DNA of 64,000 nucleotides from Glaucostegus cemiculus. Its lineage: Eukaryota. Numbering within the stretch: the stretch's first letter is position 1; the number at the start of each line of letters is the position of its first letter. A program made the translations under genes and the position numbers. Below are positions 50,181 to 62,189 of this stretch, in pieces. The stretch covers positions 682,001 to 746,000 of the forward strand of contig CDPCPM010000017.1 of NCBI GenBank assembly GCA_976551045.1, read 5' to 3'. Under the pieces are notes generated by a model. It saw nothing but the letters and a program-made list of their open reading frames with translations. It was not told the origin of the DNA and did not search any database.

Positions 50181-51072
50181 ACGACATACTGGTTATATCT
50201 TCTTTGAAATATGGAATATTTAGAGAGGTTAGTTACTGATTAACACAGTAAAAGTTTAGAGATTCCCATTTATGCACTTGGATGCTTAAGCTGAAGTAGT
50301 TCATGTCACACAACCTATTAAGAGGTGACACCAGCAAGCTTCTTGCTATTTGTCCAATCAAGAGCAACTTTACCCATTACAACAATGGTTTTTGAGTTAG
50401 CTGAAGACAAGGGGAAGCATCCCTGTGTCAGTTCCACTCCCCCATGCACTAAACTGACTGCTCAACTGGCTAGCAATAATGGTCAACTATGGACTTGCCT
50501 GGTTCAAGGTTGAGCTTTCAGAGTTTATTGCAGAGGATTCACCAACTCCTCAATCTACATCATGGGGTAAGTCACTGAAGACATGCTTATCATTGCTCTC
50601 CCTCACCCAGTTTATCTCTAAAGAGAGCAGCCACTAGTTTTGAGCAAAATCAAATGTTTGTATCTGCCAGGAAGCAGGGCCGATTAATTTTGTCCAATTC
50701 TTCCAGACAATCTCTGGTGTGACAATTATGTTTTTCTAAAATTGATGGTAGTGCAAGTTCAACAAGCTTGGGGGTACAGATTCCTTTTCAGATTCTGTTC
50801 AGAACTCACATGCAGAAGAGCAATAGTTTAACGAGTTGGCAGGAGACATGAGGGTAAACACAGATGGGTGGGATGGATTTGAAGGCTCCAAGATCCTTAT
50901 CTCATATGCAGAAGTTAAACTTAAAGATAAGTACTTTGTGGTAATAAATTAAATAGATGATTAACTATTTTTTTTAATAAAGAGGGCACAGCAGTATTTC
51001 CAGAATATTTATTGCAGCTATCTTCTCGAGTTCCCAATATCCTTTAATCACTTCCATAAATACAGAACTTAC

Positions 51073-51297
51073 TGAGTACTTGTCCATAGGATGAAGTGGC
51101 TTTGTTTGGCTGTTCTCTCTCGACAGATTCTTTGCTGGTGATTGATCTTGCAGAGTTATCAAACTCAATCCCTTCCTTTTATCTTTTAGAGAAGCCTGCT
51201 GATGGCGTTTTATCCTCTCCAGCTGCTCTTCAACACTCATTCTTGGCCGTGGACCCTCTGCCAGGAAGAGCTGCTCGACCGCACTCCTGGGCCGTTC
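51073..51297 (-). CDS. PLEKHA5: PLEKHA5 coding exon
   Basis: ttgcag|ERPRSAVEQLFLAEGPRPRMSVEEQLERIKRHQQASLKDKRKGL...MDKYS|gtaagt; 225 nt, phase 0-0; the RMSVEEQLER motif is typical of PLEKHA5/6/7. Confidence 0.95.
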
Positions 51298-51427
51298 CTG
51301 CAATAACACCCCTCAGATTTAGCAAATCAGCATCAACAAACCTGCAGAAGGTGTTTCGACCACTTTGGATAATACCATTCACTGAAGGACATAAAAACAG
51401 TTCCAAAGCATTCTGATTTGCAGAAAT

Positions 51428-51920
51428 GACACAGTAGTGGTGCTGCTGCCTCAAGCTCCAGCAACCCAGGTTCAAACCTCACCTCCCGGTGCTGTCCTTG
51501 TGGAGTCTGCATGCTCTTCCCAAGTGCACATGGGTTTCCTTTGCATGCTCTCGTTACCTCCCACATCCCAAAGACAGGTTGGGAGGTAACAAGAACATGC
51601 AAAGGAAACCCATAGGCATATGGGGAGAGCATGCAAATGCCACAAGGACAGCACCGAGAGATGAGGTTTGAACCTGTGTTGTGGGAGCCCTCCACCTCCC
51701 CTTTAATTCCCCCCCAGATTCTATCACTCACTTATGTACTAGGCCACTGTAAAGTGCTCCGAGTATACAGGTGAGTGATAGAATCTGGGGGGGGGAGGGG
51801 TGGAATTAAAGGGGAGGTGAGGGGAATAATGTACAAGGAAAACTAGTGGAACAATGGAACTGGATCTATGAACTAGCATTGACTCGATGGGTTAAAGTGG
51901 CCTCTGTCATCAGGAAATAT
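51428..51920 (+). mobile_element. HE1-like V-SINE with internal inverted duplication
   Basis: tRNA-like head (ggttcaaacct), V-domain (gggtttcct...ctcccacatcccaaagac) and CR1-like tail (gactcgatgggttaaagtggcctc), interrupted by reverse-complement copies of its own segments. Confidence 0.8.
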
Positions 51921-52195
51921 GTGCTTATGGCATTAAACAAGCAATGAAATAAAACAGAACGAAAATATGAATGAGTCATGCCTGGATGCCAAAGAGTTTG
52001 ATTTTGATAATATAGGTGGAAGGAGATAATTACAAGAATCACAGAGTTCTCAACACACAGAGATTTAAAAATACATTTACTGACAGCACTAAATATTCCA
52101 TATAAAGAAAGGAAAAATTACCCAAGTTACACTAAATTCTAGAGTTCTGCACTTTGGTTCATACAATTTTTGTAGGGTACACTCTTTATACATAC

Positions 52196-52320
52196 CACTT
52201 GAGGCACAGCTCCATCCATCTTTTTATGTTTTCTTAATGTGACATATGATGCAATCGTGGAAGATTCAGGCATTGGAGACTTGCTTCTAGGTGGAACTAT
52301 CCCAATTGGAAAAGACAAGC
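52196..52320 (-). CDS. PLEKHA5: PLEKHA5 coding exon
   Basis: ttgcag|(G)LSFPIGIVPPRSKSPMPESSTIASYVTLRKHKKMDGAVPQV|gtatgt; 125 nt, phase 1-0; ESSTIASYVTLRK motif. Confidence 0.94.
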
Positions 52321-54211
52321 CTGCAAGCATAGAAAAGTATTTTGTAATTAAACTCTCTCAAAAATTACATTAACATGCAACATAATGACTGGCGATAAAC
52401 TATACCCATATAAGTTTATATTCAGTTTGCAAACTCTTGCCAACTATCAAAAAAAAATCAACAAATCAATACAGTGGCTCAATTTAGTTAAAAATATTAG
52501 TAGCTGCTAGATGGAGGCATTGTTTTGCCACAAGTGCAATAGTAATCAGAAATTGCTCACTAGATCACAGACTTACTTGATCAGTACTACCTCAGAAAGT
52601 GATGAACCAAAGTATTCTTAGTCCTTGAGGCCAAACACTCCAGGAACGTACCCACTGAATTTAAAAAAAGGCTGCTGACTGCTGTGCTGGGTACCTGGTG
52701 CAAACCGTTGTCCTCTGCTGGCACACCCACAGCAGGAACACAGTGTAACACGTTGCCACATGGTATGGCACGGAGCGAACCACCAAGGCAAAGTGCAGAG
52801 GCTGAATGTGAGGGTTGGTGCTGTTCTATGATGACAGAGTCTGGTAACCAAAGGGGATGCTGTTCCCCATGACTGGAGGATCCTTGATTTGAACCAGCAA
52901 CAAGCAATGTCCTTGGAAACTAATAAAGTTAACTGATGTGAGGTCATCTAATCTGCTTTAGTTTACTGTTAGACGAGACCAGAGCAGCACGAACAACAGC
53001 CAGTTACAAAAACTTCAGCATTTTGAATTGCTTTGCTATTAACTAGCAAATCAACTGTAAATTTGCTTCTGACAAAGGCTGATTACAGGAATAGATTTTT
53101 CCCCCTTTGCTATAATTTTACATTAATTCTATATTTTTCCACAGTTCTACTGTTACTTTAAGGGTCATTTAAGTGGAGATTTCCAGACAGGAAATGCCTT
53201 CTTCTTACTGACTTTACCATTATGAATCTCCCTTTTGTGTACAAACTTGATTATTTCATCTCATTTAATAGCAATAGCACATAATTCTCCTACTTCCCCA
53301 CCTTTCCAACATATGATCCTTATACATATAGAACATGACAATCTTTAGGCATTGGTGTATTTCTTTTAAGGCATGGAACTATTTTAAGAGGTTTGGAAAG
53401 GAATTTCATAGGAAGGTGTTCCCTTCCTTCCACAGCTGACCTGATCAAACTACAGAAGTAAATGACCCAAATATCAAGCAGAACCAGAATATTAACTGAT
53501 TGACTGATACACAGTTATTGGGGTGCACTTTTAGTAACACCTATTAAAAACCAGGTCTATCATATGTCCTAAGAGCACAAAGGATTTGCCAGTGGCTTAA
53601 ATATCAGCCCATCTGGATGCAATTATAAGAATGTAGTTTAAAAAAAAACTATGAAAAGGTAGCACTATATTTAATCTACATTAGACCTTGGAATATTAAT
53701 TCAGATCTGAACCAGTTTAAAGATTCTTGTCCTTGATAAGGTGTTGACCAAACCCAGCCTGTCCTGCCAGGCATTTCTTCCTGCTCTGTATTTTGTAGCT
53801 CCCACATTCTTTTGTCTATGTTCTCATTCTCTAACTGCTCTCAGATGTTGATCAGATGGCCTTGTTTACAGTTTTATCTTCATGGTCACACTGGTTTTTA
53901 CCTAATCAGAGACATCCCCCTCGCCCACTCTCCCTGCAGCCTAACAAACTTGTCTCCTTCCCAGTTCTGACGAAGGGCCTTTGACCTGAAAAATTAACTC
54001 TGTTTCTCTTCCCACAGATGTAGCCTGACGCTCAAAGTATTTACAGCATTTTCTGCTTTTATTTTAGACTTCCAGCATTGGCAGTTTGTTTGACTTTCCC
54101 ATGAACAGTGATCTTCAAGAATGTTAACTCATTCTGAACACATGTACATGAGAAAATTAGTTTAGGTGGAATCTGGATAAATGAAAATCAATCTGTAAAT
54201 ATTTCAACTAC

Positions 54212-54332
54212 CTTTAGACATGACACTTTCTTTGTCAGTCGCCACTTCTGACTTCTCATCAACATTTGATTCATCAACCTCTGTGACAGTTGTCAATTCT
54301 GGTTCACTCTTATATTGTCGATAATCAGGACC
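54212..54332 (-). CDS. PLEKHA5: PLEKHA5 coding exon
   Basis: ttacag|GPDYRQYKSEPELTTVTEVDESNVDEKSEVATDKESVMSK+G|gtagtt; 121 nt, phase 0-1; recalled human GPDYRLYKSEPELTTVAEVDESN. Confidence 0.95.
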
Positions 54333-55816
54333 CTGTAATTGTAAAACAAATTATTTGTCTTACAATCTTTCTTAAAATCTGTTAAATTCTAATCTGGAAA
54401 AATTATTTTGATAAAAATGTAAACAAATTTTCACCCACAAAAAGAAATAGAGAGAATTGCACCATGTTTGTTTGTTTTGGTAACCAAGCTCGAGACAAGA
54501 ATAAAAAATACAAGTAAACTTGCACAAATGCCAAAAAAAAAAATTAAAAACCATTTGCACAAAAAATTATAACATTTTTGCTCAGAAAGCATTTTTTCAA
54601 CTTCATGTCAAGTATTTGATAACTAACCTCAGGGGCATGCTACTTATTCTTCTGGTGTTAGGACCACTAATTTTTTAATTGCTCGAGTATAGTGCATTTT
54701 TTTTATTGAAACAATAATTTGAAGGAGTAAGCCAAAAGCAATTTAAGAGTCTTATCAAGAATCAAGGTTTCAAAAGCCAGTTCTTAGCATGCACCCCGAT
54801 ATATATCCATTTTGCTATCAATATAAATCTATTTTATGTGAGTTCAGACAAAGGAATAACATTCTAGCCTAGTGGCGGAGTCAAAGTCTCTGGTGTCAAG
54901 TTTTATACTGACTTTCAAGACCAGTAAAGGCCTGAGCTGAATGGACTCTTTGTAAAGCAGGTAGCCTCACACAAGATACAGATTCTGATGAAGGGTCTTT
55001 AATCTGAAATGTTAACTCTGATTTCTCCACAGATGCTGCCTGACCTGCTGAGTGTTCCCAGCATTTTCTAGTTTAATTTCAATCTTACTCTGCTGGGATT
55101 TGCACAGTATTGTATATGTTAATGAATGGCACATTGAAGTTCCAAAGCTTTATATTAACATATTGCTTGTGTTTGCCTCCTATGACATAGAACACGAATG
55201 AGGCAGAGTTCCATGTGCCTAATCAGAAATCTGCATAATTTGTCACTGAAACCGAAGTGATATAGAGTTCAATTTAACAGTGCATTCCAGTGATACCAGT
55301 TATCTAAGATAGTTTCACATTGTTAACTACAATAATCAATAAGCCTTAATACACAACCTATTGATGGAATTCACTTTAAAAGTAACATAAAAGTCAAATT
55401 TACTAAATGAATTGTCTTGCCAAAAAGCAACTGAATAGCCATTAAGTCTTTAACATACTTGTGCAACTGTAGTGTAAAAACATACGGTAAGATATCTTAT
55501 CAGATGCTGGTACCGTGACAGGACATTTGAGACAACCTGTCTGAGGAATGACGCAAATATCCCAAAACTGAAAATATTATTTATCATTCTATTTTAGGAT
55601 TTTTTTCCCCCCAATAGTTTATGTAAGCTGCAATTATGCAAGACAGCTCATTCACATGTATGACAGACAAAACAAAGCACCAATGGTAAAAGTATAAGTA
55701 AAACCACCAAGAAAAAGTGAGGAAGCAAAATAACTTTATGACAAAAAACAATGAAGAGGGAAATGTGGATGGAGCAGGTTTATAAAGGTAAACAGTGGCA
55801 GTTGTCAGCCACTTAC

Positions 55817-56005
55817 TGAATCTGCACCATTCCTTGGATCTTCCAGTTCAGGGCGGATCTTCGTTTTGTCTAGTTGATGCACCAGGTTTCTGGTAGAACA
55901 AGGGTAAAGATTTCTCTCACTGGGAAGAGGAGGAATTGAGGGACCCTTCTCTGTCAAGTCAAATAATTGGGGGAGAGGAGGACGAGGAGGGGCTGTTTCA
56001 TCTTC
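55817..56005 (-). CDS. PLEKHA5: PLEKHA5 proline-rich exon (probable cassette exon)
   Basis: ctttag|EDETAPPRPPLPQLFDLTEKGPSIPPLPSERNLYPCSTRNLVHQLDKTKIRPELEDPRNGADS|gtaagt; 189 nt, symmetric phase 0-0; matches the recalled human long-isoform segment PPRPPLP...PPLPS...PRNG. Confidence 0.9.
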
Positions 56006-56554
56006 CTAAAGAGTGTAAGATGGCCACCACATAATAAGTGCACAACACAGTTTGAGATATGCCAGATGTTGCTTACTTTATGTATGCAAATTAACTCATG
56101 ATCATGTTCTGTATATAAAGATACATGGAAGCAAATACTGCACTACAGTCTATTCCTTAATTCAAAGTCAGTTAATCTAAATAAATCCAATTATTGTTAC
56201 ACTTTTTGACATTGACATTTTAATTCTGTTGTCTGATTTATATTATTTAATGATTCAATTTTTCCATACCAAAATGACTTTGAATAATCAGAAATAAAGT
56301 GTATTAGCTCAGAGATGGGTCTGAATAATGACCATATCTTCTGTTTATTCTTTCCACTTTAAAAACATGAGTGAAAAGTAAATGCTCCATAATAAAGCAG
56401 CCAGCAAATTAATATAAAACATTTCACCTAGAAATGTGAGATTATTAATGTAAGACTACAAACTTGTATCCATCCTCCAATCATTTTCAAATTTATCTTA
56501 ATATTATTTCCATTCTAACAGATTACACATCAGTGACTGAGAACAGCTCCTTAC

Positions 56555-56607
56555 CTCCTGTCTGTGCCTTAAGGCAGAAGCAGGCCCAGACTGCGACACA
56601 GCAATGG
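56555..56607 (-). CDS. PLEKHA5: PLEKHA5 small coding exon
   Basis: cttctgttcaaag|(A)IAVSQSGPASALRHRQE|gtaagg; 53 nt, phase 1-0, which exactly bridges the flanking exons. Sequence is weakly conserved. Confidence 0.72.
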
Positions 56608-57689
56608 CTTTGAACAGAAGTAAAAACACAAATTAGATTATTCGTGTCAAGGGCAATATCAAACTTTTTTTTCCCCAATTTGCTGGCAGAAAGTCTTTTT
56701 ATCTTTAGATTCCATGGGATACAGTGTTATTCTGGAAAAGGCTGTTATCAAAATGGTGCAAAGACTGCCCTTCGTCTTCTACAGAATTAGAAGTAAATGA
56801 TGTGGATGAACAAACATTGTTTTCTGTGCGTTGCAATAACAAAACTGAATTTGTGTAAAATGGTTAAGTTGGGAGAAAAATTCAGAGAGGTTTAATGTTT
56901 CAGAAGCTGTGAAGACTGGACCGATAAACATTGATCAAATCAGTCTGAAAGATTCCTCTGACAAGGGCTGAAGGTCCTCTCACCTACTTTTCTTAAGAAA
57001 TTGATACCAGTCACAACAGTAGAAGTGAGACAAGCATTGCTATGATGCTGCATGTTCCCATCCAACATCACATTGATCACAATCAGGTTACTAACTTCTT
57101 GCAGGTAAACTTACTTGTGTTTCAGATATAGTAAGAGCCTTTAACTACCGATAACAAAGGAAAGTTGGGCCTCCAACTGAAAATGTTTTACTTTCAAAAA
57201 GGAAAATCTAATCGACATATCTGTGGAAAAATTGACTTGTGTATTCGTGTGAATGGAAAGGATGCTACAAAAATTAATTTTCCTTCAATTAAGTTTTTTT
57301 TTTGTGTAAGCATCATGTAAACTGGAAAATGAAGCTGGACACAGATGCCCCATACTTAAATGTGTAACAGGGAGCCTTTCCAACACAGGGGCCACTTCCA
57401 GCTTTCGGTCTCTGTAAGCACTGAGCAATGTTTGCAGTGAAGGTAGACCCCACAGGACCATATCAATACACTCTAGTCAACCACTGGACTGCTCCACCAA
57501 TCCAGCATACTGCTATTTCAACAAAAACCCTTGTACTCACTCCCTGAATTAAATTCAGGCTTCAGGTAATCACACACAACAGGAAGAAGATTTTAAACCA
57601 ACTATAGACAGGGAGATAAGAGAGTTGCATGTTTACCACCAGAATTGAAAAAAAAACAGCCAAACAAAATGCGATTGTAAAGCACAGAT

Positions 57690-59035
57690 TAAACATAGAG
57701 AATATAGTTGTACACACCAACCAAGATAAAAACATTGGCTGCGTGAATTTTGAAATTTATTTCTCAAAAGCATTTGCTAGTGGATTATGATTAAGAGAAT
57801 AAGCAAGAGACTGGAAGAAAACTGGCTGCAAAACATAAACTATTAGTTGGATTGGAAAATCTTAGGAAATGATCCACAAGGTTTAATGCCAGGAATATTG
57901 TTGTTCATTTATATTTAGACAGGAATCAGAAGGACAATTTCAAAACTTAAGGATGGCATCAAGTCAAATATGTTTAAAATCTTTCATGGAATGAGTGTGA
58001 CTTGTAATACCATGATATTGCATTACTTTTATGTTGATTGAGAGTAGACTCATGCAATTGTCTCTGGGTAGATTGGATTTTCCTTGTTTTTTTATGGCCA
58101 GAACTTACTGTGGAAACCTCCACATGGTTGGGTAAGTGTTGCTTCTGTACTGGAACAGCTTGACTTGTAAGGCAGCGAGTTTTGTTACATCTAAATGGGG
58201 TGTCACTGAATCCCGTAACATTTGTGATGCAGTGTATGTTGAGCCATTTCTTGATATCTCAGAGTGAATTAAATTGGCTATAATGCTTAATGATTGCGAG
58301 GCCCTCAGAAGGCTGTCATGGGGGATTATTCACTCAACACTTCTGGATGAAGCTGGTCAAAAAAGCTTCAGCCTGCTCTTTGGCACTCGTGCACTGCTTC
58401 TGCCATGGAACCACGTTCTTCTGTTCATTGTTTAATTGTCTGCTGCCATTCACAATAGGTGTAATAAAACAGAAGTACTACAACTGAATTACCTTACCAG
58501 ATGCATGTATAATTGCCAAATGCACTTCAACATGGAAAAATACAAAATATTACATTTTGGTAAGATATATGAGGCAACATATTCCTTGAAAAATAAGTGT
58601 CTAAATAGGTTAGAGGAATAAAGGGATGTAGTAGTACAGATGCATAAATCACCAAAATTAATGGGAGAGATTAATAAGGTTGTGAAAATAACCAAACTAT
58701 GCATTATGTTTATTCAAGTAGGTCAGAACTGAAAACCAGAACACTTGTGTCAATTTTGTGACCACACTTCAGAGTACAGTGAACAATTCTGGTCATTGAA
58801 ACATCAAGCTCCAGGAAAAAGGTCCAAAAAAAAAGTTTGACCATACTGATACTAGAACTGAGAAATTATACAGTATATTGTGGGACGGAATAAATAGGTG
58901 GTGACCTTTTCTACAGCAAAAAGATTCACTGGTGACCTGAAAGAGATTTTCACACTGATCAAAGGGTTTGATAGGATAGACGCTCTTTCCACCTGTGGGT
59001 GAAAGCAGACTGGACTTCATTAATACATGGTAGTT
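57690..59035 (+). mobile_element. Degenerate CR1 interrupted by an antisense LINE fragment (about 57970-58460)
   Basis: ttctcaaaagcatttg (KAF) at about 57760; CQMHFNMEKYKILHFGK in ORF 58436-58621; further CR1 motifs to about 59030. Confidence 0.65.
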
Positions 59036-60277
59036 AATAATGGGCTGAATTGGTGCTTGACCTAAGCTCGCCCCTTGTGTTCACCTGCCTACTGTATGTC
59101 GACGTTTGCACTTACCTTTGGCAGCCATGCTGTTCCCAGTGTCATTGAGGACATACTACTGGAGCTGTCCCATGACGTGGAGCAATGGCTGGACCTCAGG
59201 CAGAGCAATTCAAGGTCCCACCCTGGCACCGCCCTGATGAATTCCTGAAAGTTCATGTTGTCAAAGGCCATTCCCACTGTATCTAAATTCCTCTGATGAT
59301 CAGAGAAATTTAGACCCAGTTGAAATATATCTAAATAGTTCAAAACAAAATTGAGCTAAAAAAGAATCAAAATTAATACATTAAAAAACGCAATGTATGT
59401 GATTTTGATAGAAATACTAATATTAATTGAAGGAAAAGACAATTAGCCTTTTAATGAAGATGAGCAATTCTATTAAACTCTGAGGAGCCAGTCATGGTGT
59501 ATTTAGTCCCCTCAGTTCAGTATGATGGGGAACCATCACTGATGCAGTATGCAGCAGCGAGCGACTTGAAACATGCAAACATGCACACTGCAGCTGGCTG
59601 GTAATTCCCTCAGGAACAGTGGGCGAACAACTAGAGCCATCTGGCCCAATTAATCCATTCTGATTTTTCACTTCTTTACCCAGAATGTGGGTTATGATGT
59701 TGAACTTTCCATCACGTCATAGTTGAGGTGAATGGTATAAATGCAGTGAAGATATTGTGCAAGTACAAGGGAGGAAGAAATAGAAGAATACATTAATTAG
59801 ATGAGGAAGAGTAAAGGTTTGTTTGGAGCATAAACAGGGGCATGGATCTATTGACTTAGTTTTGTGCTGCAAATGCATCAAAAATGATGCAATAATGCTG
59901 CACATTTTTGCTTAATGCGGGGCAAAAGGAAATCATTTTCTCAGAATATTTTCTACCTGTCATAAAATCAAATAAATAATTATATATATCTTGTTCAAAT
60001 CTATGACATCATGGGCACTGCAATGATAATCTCAAAAGGGGAAATCATAATTTCAGTTCACTAACTTAAAACAAAATCAAAAGATACAATTTCAGACTTC
60101 TCAATTCATTAAATATACTGACTGCAGTTCTCAGAAATAAACTCAAACATATAAATACATTTGGTGTTAAGGACTAGAAAAAGATAAATAAAACCTCGCT
60201 GGTCACTTCTGGAAACCATAATACTATTCGACAGTGTGAAATGCTGTATAAATATATATCTGGTAAGCTTCTCTTAC

Positions 60278-60380
60278 CGATGTTTCTTTGCTGTTTGTTC
60301 TTGTTGAGTCCTTCCATAACATCCTCAATTCTCCAGAGTTCCTTTTGGATCTGAGAGTGTTGATGGGCAGCTAAATCCAC
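60278..60380 (-). CDS. PLEKHA5: PLEKHA5 coding exon
   Basis: gcaag|VDLAAHQHSQIQKELWRIEDVMEGLNKNKQQRNI+G|gtaaga; 103 nt, phase 0-1; QIQKELWRIxDVMEGL motif. Confidence 0.93.
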
Positions 60381-60706
60381 CTTGCGAGAAATATAAAAGC
60401 TCATCAAATGACAAGAACAGTACTTGCGGAAGGTTTGCTGAAGAGTATTATATACAAGGAGAATCTAACTATTTCATCCAACGCCTTACAAAAGCTTTCA
60501 AAATATTTTCTTGGGTATCCTGTGTACCAATAATACTGTAAATGAAATATGCTTGCCACAAATGCACAAAATACAAGGAAATAATGCATGTAACATGCCC
60601 TCTCATTTTGCGCCACTGGATAAGTAGTTGGAAGAGAAAGATTACTCCATTGTAAGTATAAAAGTGCCCAGACACCAAGTTTATTTGATCAAAACATGGT
60701 GCGTAC

Positions 60707-60808
60707 CTGAACTCCTTCACATCTGTCCAGTTGCTCATGTAAGTGGCTTCTTGCAAGAGTTACATCATATTCTAATTTGTCATATTCTCTCCACATTCTT
60801 TCGAGCTC
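60707..60808 (-). CDS. PLEKHA5: PLEKHA5 coding exon
   Basis: tttag|ELERMWREYDKLEYDVTLARSHLHEQLDRCEGVQ|gtacgc; 102 nt, phase 0-0. Confidence 0.94.
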
Positions 60809-61140
60809 CTAAATCACAAGATACATAGCTCTATAAAGAATTGTTACTGTAAAAACAGAAAAACTCTGCAACTAAACAATAATTTCAGTAGCAGAAATAA
60901 CTCTATATACCAGTGGGAGTGGGGATAGTGCCTGCACCTAGTACGTTGATTTTCTGGCACACACACCATCCACCAGGTGGGGTACACGAGCTGATGAATA
61001 GTAACTGTCCTACCCCTTCCCTCCACACCTCACTCGCTGCTTCCTCTGGGAATAGCATCCCGCTCAGTACTGTCCACACAAACAAGACCTGCCTTCAGAC
61101 CACAACGACAGCAAGTATCAGTAAGACTGTTACAACTTAC

Positions 61141-61290
61141 TGCAGTGGCTCTTGATACTTCCCGACAAGTGCTGAGCAATCCATTTTGTAAGACATCTCT
61201 CTGCAAGGCCACACTTTGCACCACACTAGGGTTGTCTGCGTTCATTTCAATCTCTTGGCTGGCTGCTAGCAATGCCTGTTCCAGTGTATG
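61141..61290 (-). CDS. PLEKHA5: PLEKHA5 coding exon
   Basis: tag|HTLEQALLAASQEIEMNADNPSVVQSVALQRDVLQNGLLSTCREVSRATA|gtaagt; 150 nt, phase 0-0. Confidence 0.95.
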
Positions 61291-61393
61291 CTACAGGGGA
61301 CAGAAGGCACACTTAGTATTTTTAGACCAACAGTAGCACATTAACTGGATGTTCTTTATGTTCAAGCTCAAGAATTTAATCTCAGTGATTTAC

Positions 61394-61474
61394 TTTTTCC
61401 TTGTGCAGCTGCTGCAGTTTCTCCTCCTGCTCATGAACAACCTTATCCTGTTCACACAGCTGGCTCAGTTTTGC
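61394..61474 (-). CDS. PLEKHA5: PLEKHA5 coding exon (coiled-coil region)
   Basis: ttttcag|AKLSQLCEQDKVVHEQEEKLQQLHKEK|gtaaat; 81 nt, phase 0-0; matches recalled human AKLSRLCEQDKVVHALEEKLQQLHKEK. Confidence 0.93.
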
Positions 61475-62189
61475 CTGAAAAGGAAATCACAAAAACGTGA
61501 AGAGTTGACACACAAATCAGTGTTATAACTTCAAATGAAAATCAAAAACCTGCAGACATTAAAAATCTGAAATAGAAACAGAAAATACCGGAAACACTCA
61601 GCAGGTCAGAGCGCATCTGTGGAACAGTGTTAAAATATCAGGTCAAAAATCCTCCATTTTAACAAAGGTTCTTCCACTTGAAACATTAACTTTGGTTCTC
61701 GTCCTCCAGTTTTGTGTTTCCAGCATTTACTTACAATAACTTCAAACAGGTTCTTAGGATTGGCAGGTACTTAAAATATGCACCCAGAAAAATGTCACCT
61801 CAAGCTTTACTTTAGTGAAATAGTGGGGAAGTGCATTTAACAGAAAAATAAAGGAGTGTAATATCAGACGCCGACAACTTCCATTTACATAGAGGCTTTA
61901 CCGAAGGAAAACAAACCAAAGCATTTCACAAGAATGTTTGCAAACAAGGCTCAACAGTGTACCTCATGTGAATAATGCAGGTGGATGACCAAAAGCTTGA
62001 TCAACTTTAATTTAAGGGAGCACTGTGGAAGGGGAAAGGGAGAGGGTAGCAGAATGTTTTAGGGAGGGAACTCTAAAACATGGGGCCTTGACAGCTGAAG
62101 CACACGGTGGGTCAAATGTGCCCGAAAGGCCAGAATTGGAGGAACACAATATCTCCGCAAGTTGTATGAGTGGAAGGGAAACTGTGCTT

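Noticed and set aside
50290-50650. LF-SINE-like ancient repeat (similar impressions at about 2840-3170 and 52590-52925)
   Set aside because: Resemblance is too weak to call without a Dfam search.
57089-57110. Branch point, acceptor and donor in series (ctaacttcttgcag|gtaaac), like a recursive splice site
   Set aside because: It is on the plus strand, antisense to PLEKHA5, and there is no evidence for a plus-strand transcript.
59089-59343. 84-aa minus-strand ORF with a strong AG|GTAAGT donor near 59115 as an extra PLEKHA5 exon
   Set aside because: No resemblance to PLEKHA5 and no convincing acceptor. It lies in what looks like a short transposon insertion, and the exon chain already closes in phase without it.
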